A DNA stretch of 64,000 bases from an uncultured Erysipelotrichaceae bacterium (GTDB lineage Bacteria; Bacillota_I; Bacilli_A; RFN20; CAG-826). The stretch covers positions 8,613-72,612 of the forward strand of contig OMVV01000001.1 of the NCBI GenBank assembly GCA_900314585.1. Direction: 5' to 3'. Both the position numbers and the translations under genes were made by a program. The notes under the pieces are model-generated. The model worked only from the letters and a program-made list of their open reading frames with translations. It had not been told where the DNA came from and ran no database searches. Below, piece by piece: positions 1 through 8,075 of the stretch (the stretch's first letter is position 1; each line of letters begins with the position of its first letter).

Positions 1-375
1 TGATGACGCTCGAACTGTTTGATCAACTCCTGCCGCTTTAACAAGACCAATAGTTTTAGAAACGACATAATCATGGTTTTTGATTTTCTCAATTCCAATG
101 TTTGCCATTTCATAAGGTTTGAATGTGGTGGAGTAGTCACTGCTTTTTGATGCAGTATACTTTTTCATCAAAGCTTCGAGATCATCTTCGTAATCTTTGT
201 CCTTCATTTTTGAATAATCGATAGCATCGTTTTGTGGGAAGACTTGCCTGCCAATGAAGTAGCCTCCAACTCCGCCAATGATTACACAAACAAGAGTAAC
301 CGAGATCGAGATGATGATAGCCTTTTTATTTCGAGGCTTTCTTTCCTTTTTTTGCACATCTTTGTTTTTTGGCAT
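1..375 (-). CDS. hypothetical membrane-anchored protein, N-terminal part (ORF runs off the window start)
   Basis: ATG at 375 on the minus strand, open down to position 1 (125 codons). Translation MPKNKDVQKKERKPRNKKAIIISISVTLVCVIIGGVGGYFIG... has a Lys-rich head followed by one hydrophobic helix. Absent from the ORF track because it is truncated. Confidence 0.5.
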   Translation of the reverse strand, partial: MPKNKDVQKKERKPRNKKAIIISISVTLVCVIIGGVGGYFIGRQVFPQNDAIDYSKMKDKDYEDDLEALMKKYTASKSSDYSTTFKPYEMANIGIEKIKNHDYVVSKTIGLVKAAGVDQTVRASS

Positions 376-415
376 GCCGCTATTATATGTGTGTGAGAAT
401 AGAAATGTAATCTAA

Positions 416-434
416 CGTTATAGAAAATATAACG
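416..434. promoter_or_regulatory. inverted repeat CGTTATA-N5-TATAACG in a divergent promoter region; candidate operator
   Basis: Perfect 7-bp arms read directly from the sequence. A third ATAACG half-site lies at 505-510, just before the XRE gene start. Confidence 0.3.
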
Positions 435-512
435 AGAAATGAATTCTCATAATTCGAGAGTGAAAATCGGTGATAATTTGACATTTGTTAATACAAGTAT
501 TAAGATAACGCT

Positions 513-1115
513 ATGAAACCATTAAAAGAAATTGTTGGCGAGAATCTTACAGAATTAAGAAAAAATAAAAAATTAACTCAATTTGAACTCGCTGAAAAAT
601 TAAATTATTCAGATAAGTCAATCTCCAAGTGGGAGAATGGCGACAATCTTCCTGATTTAGAAACTCTCAATGAACTTTGTAAATTTTATGGAGTTACTTT
701 GGATTATTTGACCCATCCCATTGAGGAAAATAAGTCTACTTATGTTCTTGATAAAGACATTTCAAAAAGAAATCTTGTTAATCATATTTTGATTACTGTA
801 TTAGTTGATCTTGTTATTTGGTTTATCGCCACAATCATCTTTGTTTATGCGTTGATCAACAAACGTGAAGGAGACTTTTGGCTTTCATTTATTTACGCCG
901 TCCCAGTTACATGCGTTGTTACTGTAGCTTTCGTGCGTGCGTATTTTAAAAGAGTTAAATTATTGTATTTTATCTTCTGGTCAATCTTTATTTGGTCCGC
1001 ATTAACTTGTGCGTTCTTAACCGCCCTTCCTGAAGAAATGGTCTGGCCAATTTATTTGGTTGGGGTTCCTGCTCAAGGAGCGATGGTTGCCTGGTATTTC
1101 ATAAGACGAAAATAA
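513..1115 (+). CDS. XRE-family helix-turn-helix regulator fused to a C-terminal multi-pass membrane domain
   Basis: N-terminus LTELRKNKKLTQFELAEKLNYSDKSISKWENG is a classic Cro/C1 HTH. The C-terminal 110 aa form about 4 hydrophobic helices. Confidence 0.8.
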   Translation: MKPLKEIVGENLTELRKNKKLTQFELAEKLNYSDKSISKWENGDNLPDLETLNELCKFYGVTLDYLTHPIEENKSTYVLDKDISKRNLVNHILITVLVDLVIWFIATIIFVYALINKREGDFWLSFIYAVPVTCVVTVAFVRAYFKRVKLLYFIFWSIFIWSALTCAFLTALPEEMVWPIYLVGVPAQGAMVAWYFIRRK

Positions 1116-1116
1116 A

Positions 1117-1168
1117 AACGTATCCGAAGATACGTTATAAACTAAAGAGACACAATTGTGTCTCTTTT
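1117..1168. terminator. two tandem hairpins between convergent genes (bidirectional terminators)
   Basis: AACGTATC-cgaa-GATACGTT at 1117-1136 and AAAGAGACAC-aatt-GTGTCTCTTT at 1144-1167, with T/A runs on both sides. Confidence 0.6.
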
Positions 1169-1174
1169 AAATTG

Positions 1175-1528
1175 TTATTTTGCTTTCTTAGCAATGTTGA
1201 CTAAGTCAGTAAATGCTTTTGGATCGTTGATTGCGAGTTCGGCAAGCATCTTACGATTGACTTTAACATTTGCCTTGTTTAATCCGCAGATGAATCTGGA
1301 ATAAGAGATATCGTTTGCACGGCAAGCGGCATTGATACGTTTAATCCATAATTTACGGAAATCGCTTTTGAGTTGTTTACGATCGATATAAGAATATCTT
1401 AATGAACGTAAGACTTGTTCTTTAGCGGTTTTGAAGAGAAGATGTTTGCTACCGAAGTAACCTTTGGCTCTCTTTAAGATTTTTTTACGTCTTGCGTGTG
1501 TAGTGACGCTGTTTTTAACTCTAGCCAT
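1175..1528 (-). CDS. rplT: 50S ribosomal protein L20
   Basis: [28 protein letters not shown]... is a typical L20. Lies in infC-rpmI-rplT order. Confidence 0.97.
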   Translation of the reverse strand: MARVKNSVTTHARRKKILKRAKGYFGSKHLLFKTAKEQVLRSLRYSYIDRKQLKSDFRKLWIKRINAACRANDISYSRFICGLNKANVKVNRKMLAELAINDPKAFTDLVNIAKKAK

Positions 1529-1539
1529 TGTTTCTCCTC

Positions 1540-1731
1540 CTATTGAATAAGGGTCTTCACTCTTTTGTAGTCGCTATTATGGACTAATGAAGCCTTTCTT
1601 AAATGTCTTTTTTGTTTTGTGGTCTTGCGTGGAGCAAGGTGTGATGTATAAGCACTATGTCTTTTTAATTTACCAGAACCGGTAACTTTGACACGTTTAG
1701 CTAGTGCTCTTTTGGTTTTCATTTTTGGCAT
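1540..1731 (-). CDS. rpmI: 50S ribosomal protein L35
   Basis: [32 protein letters not shown]... is a typical L35. Confidence 0.95.
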   Translation of the reverse strand: MPKMKTKRALAKRVKVTGSGKLKRHSAYTSHLAPRKTTKQKRHLRKASLVHNSDYKRVKTLIQ

Positions 1732-1743
1732 GCTAATTTCCTC

Positions 1744-2298
1744 CTACTTTCTTTTTGCTGCTAAAACGGCATTTAGCCATCTGCCCTCCATAAATGGAGC
1801 TTTTTCAACAGTGGCTATATCTTCTAAAGATTGGATAAACTTATTCATAACTTCCTCACCAACCTCAATATGGGTCATTTGACGTCCACGGTAGCGGACA
1901 CCAACTTTAACTTTGTTACCATCTTCTAAGAACCTACGAGCGGCTCTTGCTTTCGTATCAACGTCATGTTGACCGATTTGTGGAGTGAGTTGGATTTCCT
2001 TAATATCAACTGTGTGCTGTTTCTTTTTGTTTTCTTTGGCTTTCTTTTGTTGTTCGAAACGATATTTTCCATAGTTCATAATTTTACAAACTGGTGGATT
2101 AGCGTTTGGAGCGACACAAACTAAGTCGAGATCGCTTTCAACAGCAACATCATAAGCAGCTTTGCTGCTCATTTTTCCGAGTTGTTCGCCATTAGCACCA
2201 ATAAGAAGTACTTCTGGGAAACGGACTCTTTCGTTGATTAAGTCTTGATTAGCTTTATTTGGACGTTGTGGTCCTTGCTTAATTGGATAGTTATTAAT
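1744..2298 (-). CDS. infC: translation initiation factor IF-3, start re-assigned to an ATT codon
   Basis: INERVRFPEVLLIGANGEQLG and the C-terminal domain are typical of IF-3. GGAGG (complement of 2308-2312) lies 9 nt upstream of ATT at 2298. The track start (TTG 2349) lies inside an upstream terminator hairpin. Confidence 0.93.
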   Translation of the reverse strand: MNNYPIKQGPQRPNKANQDLINERVRFPEVLLIGANGEQLGKMSSKAAYDVAVESDLDLVCVAPNANPPVCKIMNYGKYRFEQQKKAKENKKKQHTVDIKEIQLTPQIGQHDVDTKARAARRFLEDGNKVKVGVRYRGRQMTHIEVGEEVMNKFIQSLEDIATVEKAPFMEGRWLNAVLAAKRK

Positions 2299-2477
2299 AA
2301 GATTTATCCTCCTTTTGAACAAAAACGGACGCGAATTGCGCCCGTTCAAATAACAAGATTGTTATCGTAGCATGTACCAACCGATTAATCGATCTGGTGA
2401 GAAGCATGGGCGCTCTTCTTTCTACGTTTTGCGAGATTAATTAAACTACACATTTAATGTGTTGTCAACAAAGAAAT
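2299..2477 (-). promoter_or_regulatory. L20-type ribosomal-protein leader upstream of infC, ending in an intrinsic terminator
   Basis: 180-nt untranslated leader. Hairpin AACGGGCGC-aatt(c)-GCGTCCGTT (2324-2346, minus strand) is followed by TTTTTG immediately before the infC SD. The position matches the Firmicute L20 leader attenuator. Not checked with a covariance model. Confidence 0.5.
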
Positions 2478-2502
2478 TAAAAAGCCCTCCGTTTGGAAGG
2501 CT
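2478..2502 (-). terminator. intrinsic terminator after the 86-aa membrane protein gene
   Basis: Minus-strand AGCCTTCC-aaac-GGAGGGCT (one mismatch) followed by TTTTT. Confidence 0.6.
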
Positions 2503-2520
2503 CTTAAGTAATAATATAAG

Positions 2521-2781
2521 TTATTTTGCTTCAAGTTCATGATTGATAGCGCGGATTTTTCTTTTCCAAAGAACACCATCAAGAATGAATAAGGCAATAC
2601 CGCCAGCAATCGCAAGTGGGGTAAGGCTTCCAACAAAGGAAATATCAGCAAAGCCCATTAAAAATAAGCCAAGGCATAAGACGATAACGCCGATACCGAT
2701 AGCGGCCCATCCTAATCCAAAGAAAAGGGCACTACGTGAATAGTAGACATGTAATCTTTTTTCTAATTCTTCTTTATTCAT
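2521..2781 (-). CDS. small two-helix membrane protein, unknown function
   Basis: 86 aa with two clear hydrophobic helices. GTGAGGT SD-like sequence upstream of the ATG. Confidence 0.6.
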   Translation of the reverse strand: MNKEELEKRLHVYYSRSALFFGLGWAAIGIGVIVLCLGLFLMGFADISFVGSLTPLAIAGGIALFILDGVLWKRKIRAINHELEAK

Positions 2782-2843
2782 AAATTACCTCACTATGTTA
2801 ACTACATTTTATATCAATGAAGTTGTCTCGACAATAAATAAAT

Positions 2844-4571
2844 TTATTCTTCTACTTCTGGAAGAGCGCGAGAGACAATTTCTTCTTTAACTTTAGAAAC
2901 AAAATCCTTTAAAGGAACGGTGATTTGTTGTTTGGAGCCGTAATGACGATAAGTGACACTCTTAGCGGCGATTTCATTATCGCCAATAACAAGGGTGTAT
3001 GGAACTTTCTTAATTTGAGCGTTTCTCATACGGTATCCAAGCTTTTCGGAAGCATCGACCAAGATTGCTCTAACTCCAGCTTTCTTAAGTTCTTCAACAA
3101 CTTTTTTAGAATAATCTAAATGGAATTCATTATTAACTGGAAGAACATGGACTTGTTCTGGGGCAAACCAAAGTGGGAACGCACCAGCAAAGTGTTCGGT
3201 AATAACGCCAACAAATCTTTCAATTGAACCAAAGCAAGCGCGGTGGATCATAACTGGACGAACTTTTTCACCTTTATCATCAATATAGGAAACATCGAAT
3301 CTTTCAGGTAAGTTCATATCGAGTTGAATCGTGCCGCATTGCCAAATTCGATTCATAGAATCGCGAACCTTAAAGTCAAGCTTTGGACCATAGAAGGCAC
3401 CATCGCCTGGATTGATCTTAAATTCTTTGCCAGATTTGCGGCAAACTTCCTCTAAAATACGTTCTGATTCATTCCAGATTTTGATGTCGCCGATATAACC
3501 AGATTCTGGTCTAGTTGATAATTCGATCTTATAGTTAAGACCAAAGAGGGAATAAATTTCGTCATATAGTTTTAAGATTGAGACGATTTCATCGCCGATT
3601 TGATCTGGTCTAACAAAGGTGTGGGCATCATCTTGAGTAAAGGAACGAACTCTAAATAAACCATTGAGTGCGCCACTAGCTTCATGACGATGGACATGAC
3701 CTAGTTCCGCGTATCGGAGTGGAAGTTCACGATATGAATGGAGATCGTTCTTATAGCAAAGAATTGCTCCTGGGCAGTTCATTGGTTTGATGGCGAATTC
3801 ATTCTCATCAACCATTGTGATGTACATGTTGTCTTTATAGTGGTCCCAGTGACCTGATGTAATCCAAAGATCTTTGGATAGCATGATTGGGGTATCGACT
3901 AACATATAGCCGTATTTTGCGTGGATTTCTTTCCACATATTTTCAATTTGGGTTCTGACGATCATGCCGTTTGGAAGCCAGAATGGAAGTCCTGGACCAT
4001 AATCAGAAAGCATGAATAAACCTAATTGTTTACCTAAGATGCGGTGGTCACGTTTCTTTCTTTCTTCCAAGATGCGGAGGTGTTCTGCTAACCCTTCTTT
4101 TGAATCAAAGGAAGTTCCATAGATTCTAACAAGTTGTTTATTCTTGGAATCGCCTCGCCAATATGCACCTGCAATTGAAAGAAGTTTAAAGTTTTGGATT
4201 AAACCAGTTCTTTCAACGTGTGGACCAGCACAAAGGTCGAACCATTTTCCTTGTTTATAAATAGTGATAACTCCATCGATGCCTTTAATTAATTCCACTT
4301 TATATGGATTATCCTTGAATAATTCTAAAGCTTTTTCTTTCGAAACTTCTTCACGAACGATTGGCTCATTTCTTGAGGCAATGCGGTGCATTTCTTTTTC
4401 AATCTTTGGTAAATCAGCTTCAGTGATTGGAGTTGGGAAATCAATGTCGTAATAAAAACCTTCTTCAATGGCTGGACCATATCCAAACTTAGCGCCTGGA
4501 TATAAATTGGAAATTGCTTCCGCCATTAAGTGGGAAGTTGAGTGATTTAAGGTTTTGAAGTCTAAGGCCAT
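2844..4571 (-). CDS. thrS: threonyl-tRNA synthetase (short form without the N-terminal TGS domain)
   Basis: HSTSHLMAEA (HxxxH of the editing/SAD domain) starts at residue 10. Class II core motifs (FRVRSFTQDDAH, GAFYGPK) and an anticodon-binding C-terminus are present. Strong SD AGGAGG upstream. Confidence 0.97.
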   Translation of the reverse strand: MALDFKTLNHSTSHLMAEAISNLYPGAKFGYGPAIEEGFYYDIDFPTPITEADLPKIEKEMHRIASRNEPIVREEVSKEKALELFKDNPYKVELIKGIDGVITIYKQGKWFDLCAGPHVERTGLIQNFKLLSIAGAYWRGDSKNKQLVRIYGTSFDSKEGLAEHLRILEERKKRDHRILGKQLGLFMLSDYGPGLPFWLPNGMIVRTQIENMWKEIHAKYGYMLVDTPIMLSKDLWITSGHWDHYKDNMYITMVDENEFAIKPMNCPGAILCYKNDLHSYRELPLRYAELGHVHRHEASGALNGLFRVRSFTQDDAHTFVRPDQIGDEIVSILKLYDEIYSLFGLNYKIELSTRPESGYIGDIKIWNESERILEEVCRKSGKEFKINPGDGAFYGPKLDFKVRDSMNRIWQCGTIQLDMNLPERFDVSYIDDKGEKVRPVMIHRACFGSIERFVGVITEHFAGAFPLWFAPEQVHVLPVNNEFHLDYSKKVVEELKKAGVRAILVDASEKLGYRMRNAQIKKVPYTLVIGDNEIAAKSVTYRHYGSKQQITVPLKDFVSKVKEEIVSRALPEVEE

Positions 4572-4589
4572 AATTTTACCTCCTAAAAT

Positions 4590-4800
4590 AAATAAAAAGC
4601 GTCTCCATTAAGGACGCTTCCACGCGGTACCACCTTATTTTATAGTTACAACTATACTCTCAATCCTTTTAACGCAAGGTAACGTCTAAATTGAATTTTA
4701 GATGCTCAGAAGTGGTATCGATGAATTTCGCTTAGGAACTTTTCAGCTAGCGTTCCCTCTCTTTAAGCGAAGTGTTCATAGACGTGTCTTCGTCAACGCT
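4590..4800 (-). promoter_or_regulatory. T-box leader, Thr specifier ACC
   Basis: Minus strand reads GGTGGTACCGCGTG (T-box sequence, complement of 4621-4634). It is followed by terminator GAAGCGTCC-ttaa-(t)GGAGACGCTT plus a T run. Stem I has AGAGAG and AGCTGAAA motifs. The specifier loop reads CGAU-ACC-A-CUUC (ACC is the complement of 4714-4716). Confidence 0.85.
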
Positions 4801-4838
4801 AAAAATAGTATATGCTTTTAATTTGATAAATCAAACTC

Positions 4839-5678
4839 TTATTTATATTTAACTTGTTGGAATGCGTATACTGCGGATCCAAATAAACCAGCTTGTTCAT
4901 TGAAGTGACATTCGCTGACTATAACATCAGGAACAGCTTTTTTGATATCTTCAAAGAACATATCTTTTTCTTTCATAAATCCACCAGTAACAACAAAGAT
5001 ATCTGGAAGATATGAATCATTCATAAGTTTGAAGTAAGAAGTGATGATATATTTCCATTCATTGAAAACTCTAACACCTTCTTCATCGCCGCTTCTGGCT
5101 CGTTGGAATAAATCTTTTCCACCTTGAATATTTGAATTGTTTAGCTTAGCTAATTTATGAATATTAGTGCCGCCAGCAATTTCAAATTCTTGGTAGCCAT
5201 CTTTATATTTAAATAAGGTATGACCGACTTCGGTTAAATAATCTTGAATAACTTTATTAACACAAAGCGATCCACCTAAGCCTGTGGAAATCGTTACAAA
5301 AAAGACACGTTCGTAATCTTTACCATTTCCGAGTGATGCTTCCGCTAAACACGCCATCTGCGCATCATTACGTAAATATAAGTCTAAGCCATACTTTTCT
5401 TTGAAAATCTTGCCTAGAGGAATGTTACCAATTCCAACATTTGGAAGTGTGATAATTGTTGCAGTTTTAACGTCGACAACACCTGGAACACCCGCTCCTA
5501 CAGCGATGACATCATCGAGTGGAAATTCAGCCATGAGGGAATAGATATTCTCAAGAAATTTATTCTCATCATTGACTGGAGTTGGCTTAACAAGAGATTT
5601 TTCAATCTCAAATTTCTCGTTCACAAGAGCGAGTCTAGTATTGGTGCCACCGATATCGAATGCTAAGACTTTTTTCAT
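4839..5678 (-). CDS. ROK-family sugar kinase (glucokinase-like)
   Basis: MKKVLAFDIGGTNTRLALV is an ATP-binding N-terminus. GVPGVVD and GLGGSL motifs are present. The CxCGxxGC zinc motif of many ROK kinases is not visible. Confidence 0.8.
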   Translation of the reverse strand: MKKVLAFDIGGTNTRLALVNEKFEIEKSLVKPTPVNDENKFLENIYSLMAEFPLDDVIAVGAGVPGVVDVKTATIITLPNVGIGNIPLGKIFKEKYGLDLYLRNDAQMACLAEASLGNGKDYERVFFVTISTGLGGSLCVNKVIQDYLTEVGHTLFKYKDGYQEFEIAGGTNIHKLAKLNNSNIQGGKDLFQRARSGDEEGVRVFNEWKYIITSYFKLMNDSYLPDIFVVTGGFMKEKDMFFEDIKKAVPDVIVSECHFNEQAGLFGSAVYAFQQVKYK

Positions 5679-5691
5679 AAAATTGTAAATT

Positions 5692-5784
5692 TGTGGATTC
5701 AGTGTGGATAACTATATCAATTATCAAAAAATATTCGATAAAATGCCATACAATTTTATTTAAATTGTTTAAGAGTAATCCACA
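5692..5784. promoter_or_regulatory. cluster of DnaA-box-like 9-mers in a divergent intergenic region
   Basis: TGTGGATAA at 5703-5711 is a perfect match to the complement of TTATCCACA. TGTGGATTC at 5692-5700 has 2 mismatches. TAATCCACA at 5776-5784 has 1 mismatch and the opposite orientation. Confidence 0.5.
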
Positions 5785-5861
5785 AAAAGCCAAAAACGCT
5801 CGATTGCATCGAAATTATTTGTAGAACTCACTTAGTGAGGGTGGTAAACTTATGAGCAATT

Positions 5862-7145
5862 ATGGACTACATTCTTAATTCAGATTTTTACGAAATTAGA
5901 CTAGCTTCAATTGTCTCAAACGTCGACAAGGATGTTTTAGTGGAACTTTATCAACCTCTTATTGGTGCGAACGCCACAATATTATATTTGACGCTTTTAA
6001 AACAAAAACGTAATGAAGATGATGAAAGCACATATTCAGTCCAAGATTTGATCAACTCAATGCAATCAGATCCAAACACAATACTTTCATCTAGACACTA
6101 TCTTGAAGCGGTTGGTTTATTAAGAACCTACGAAAAGTCATCTGAATCAGGAAGATATTTCATCATCGTGTTATACGCTCCAAAATCACCAAAGGACTTC
6201 TTTGATGATGTTCTCTTCAAAGGCTTGCTCGTCCAAAGTGTTGGTGAAAAACAAGCTAAGAAACTCGCCTTTGCTTACAAAGTAAATTTGAGTATTGATG
6301 AAGGTTTCAAGGAAGTCAGTGCATCATTTGTTGATGTTTATCATCCAGATTATGACGATCCTTCATTTAGAAAGAACTTCAGCGGAGATATCGTTGGTCA
6401 TGATGCTGGACGTGTCCAAATCAAGTTCAATAACGATTTATTCTTCAAATACATAACCGAAAATAGTCAAATTAAGATTTCTGCTCTTTCAAAGAAAGAA
6501 ATGAAAGAGATTGAGCGTTTAGCAACATTATTTGGTATCGATGAGAAACAAATGGCACTAATCATCATTGATGAATATGATCCAAATGAACTTCCTCATC
6601 TAAACTTCGACCGTATCAAATACCGCGCTGAAGAAGAAGTTAAATTCAAACTTATCCAAAGCAAACCTCGCAATAAACAAAGCGATGTTAAAGGCGGATC
6701 AAAGATTGAAGAGAAGATTGCGATGATGGAATCAACAGCGCCTTCAAGATACTTGTCGTTATTACTTAACAATACGCCACCATCAATGAGTGATCTAAAC
6801 ACTCTCAATAAATTGTCGGTTGGTTATAAGATCTCAAACGGCATTATCAACGCAATCGTCGAATATGTTATGCACAAGAACAACAATATCTTGTCTTGGC
6901 CGTTCTGTGATAAGACCGCGTCGATACTTGTATCGAAGAACGTCGAAACTTGTCTAGATGCGATGAACGAACTAAATAAACTCTCGCTTAAGAATAAAGA
7001 AAGAAAAGCGAAAGTAGCTGAAACACCGAAGGTTGAAAAACCAAAAGCAAGTGAAACAAAACCTGCTAAAAAACACGAAGATGTTTCAGAAGAAGAATTA
7101 AATGAACTGCTCGAACAGTTCAACAAAATGGGAAAAAGGAGGTAA
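5862..7145 (+). CDS. DnaD-domain replication initiation / helicase-loading protein (B. subtilis DnaB-like)
   Basis: N-terminal LYQPLIGANATILYLTL is a winged-helix-like region. Repeated DnaD-type C-terminal domains and a Lys/Glu-rich tail are present. Lies immediately upstream of dnaI, as in Bacillus. Confidence 0.75.
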   Translation: MDYILNSDFYEIRLASIVSNVDKDVLVELYQPLIGANATILYLTLLKQKRNEDDESTYSVQDLINSMQSDPNTILSSRHYLEAVGLLRTYEKSSESGRYFIIVLYAPKSPKDFFDDVLFKGLLVQSVGEKQAKKLAFAYKVNLSIDEGFKEVSASFVDVYHPDYDDPSFRKNFSGDIVGHDAGRVQIKFNNDLFFKYITENSQIKISALSKKEMKEIERLATLFGIDEKQMALIIIDEYDPNELPHLNFDRIKYRAEEEVKFKLIQSKPRNKQSDVKGGSKIEEKIAMMESTAPSRYLSLLLNNTPPSMSDLNTLNKLSVGYKISNGIINAIVEYVMHKNNNILSWPFCDKTASILVSKNVETCLDAMNELNKLSLKNKERKAKVAETPKVEKPKASETKPAKKHEDVSEEELNELLEQFNKMGKRR

Positions 7146-7151
7146 GCGAAA

Positions 7152-8075
7152 ATGACTTTACAAGAATTAAATGAATTCTCAATCAAAGATATCGTTTCTG
7201 AAGAAGTTGATATGAAGTCTTATATAAATAAGCTCGTCAAAGAACTTCGTGAAGATATCGAGGTTTATGAACGTTTAAAACCTCTTAATTTAACAATGGG
7301 TGAAGTTAAGGAAAATATCGGTAAATTAACCGATTTCCGTGAAGATTACAATTATTGTAAAGCTTGTCCAGGCATCGAAAAATGCGATAAGAAAACTCCG
7401 CATATCTCGATGTATGTTGTTAAAGAAGGCAATTTTATTGCCGCAAAATACGAACCATGTCAAAAGATCATGGAACAAATTCGTCACGATTCCCGTTACC
7501 TTCTTGCGGATTTCCCATCTGAATGGAAATATTCATCATTCTCCACGATCGATTTAAGCGCAAATCGTCGTCCAGTTATTAAAAGAATCTTAAAAACTAT
7601 CAGTGGTGAAAAGAATGATTGGGTCTTTATTAAAGGCAATCACAAAGTTGGTAAATCATTCCTTCTTGTTGCATCTGCCAATGAATTCATTTCTAAAACC
7701 AATCAACAAGCTGCAGTAATTAACGCGCGTACACGTTTCAAAGAATTATCGGATTTAAGCATTTCAAATCCAACCGAGTTCTCCAAAAACTTAGTCGCGT
7801 TATCAAATGTCGGATTATTAGTTATTGATGACTTTGGTGAAGAATACAAAAGCGAATACATTCGCGATCAAATTTTGATGCCAATCCTTTTGGAAAGAGA
7901 ACATCAAAACAAATTAACATTCTTCTCTTCCAATTATTCAATTAAAGAAATCCAACAACTTTATAACATTGGAAAAAGTGGTGGAGACATTCGCGCGAAA
8001 CAACTCGCTAATACATTAGAAGAAATGTGTGGCGATGAATTCGACTTAACCGGCGCTTCTATTTACCGTAAATAA
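7152..8075 (+). CDS. dnaI: primosomal helicase loader DnaI (AAA+)
   Basis: N-terminal Cys cluster CKACPGIEKC...C. Walker A GNHKVGKS and Walker B LLVIDDFG are present. Confidence 0.85.
   Translation: MTLQELNEFSIKDIVSEEVDMKSYINKLVKELREDIEVYERLKPLNLTMGEVKENIGKLTDFREDYNYCKACPGIEKCDKKTPHISMYVVKEGNFIAAKYEPCQKIMEQIRHDSRYLLADFPSEWKYSSFSTIDLSANRRPVIKRILKTISGEKNDWVFIKGNHKVGKSFLLVASANEFISKTNQQAAVINARTRFKELSDLSISNPTEFSKNLVALSNVGLLVIDDFGEEYKSEYIRDQILMPILLEREHQNKLTFFSSNYSIKEIQQLYNIGKSGGDIRAKQLANTLEEMCGDEFDLTGASIYRK

Noticed and set aside
2299-2349. TTG 2349 as the infC start (ORF-track call, 201 aa).
   Set aside because: The codon lies inside the leader terminator hairpin and upstream of the SD. The extra 17 residues are not IF-3-like, and an ATT at 2298 with proper SD spacing fits known IF-3 biology.
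2454-2743. ORFs 2454..2651 (-) and 2543..2743 (+).
   Set aside because: They overlap the L20-type leader and terminator, or run antisense to the better-supported 86-aa membrane protein gene. They have no SD and their sequences are low-complexity.
5679-5861. The DnaA-box region as the chromosomal origin (oriC).
   Set aside because: There are only three boxes and no dnaA, dnaN or rpmH nearby. The region is a normal divergent promoter for the ROK kinase and the dnaB-like gene, so I treat it as a DnaA-regulated promoter candidate.
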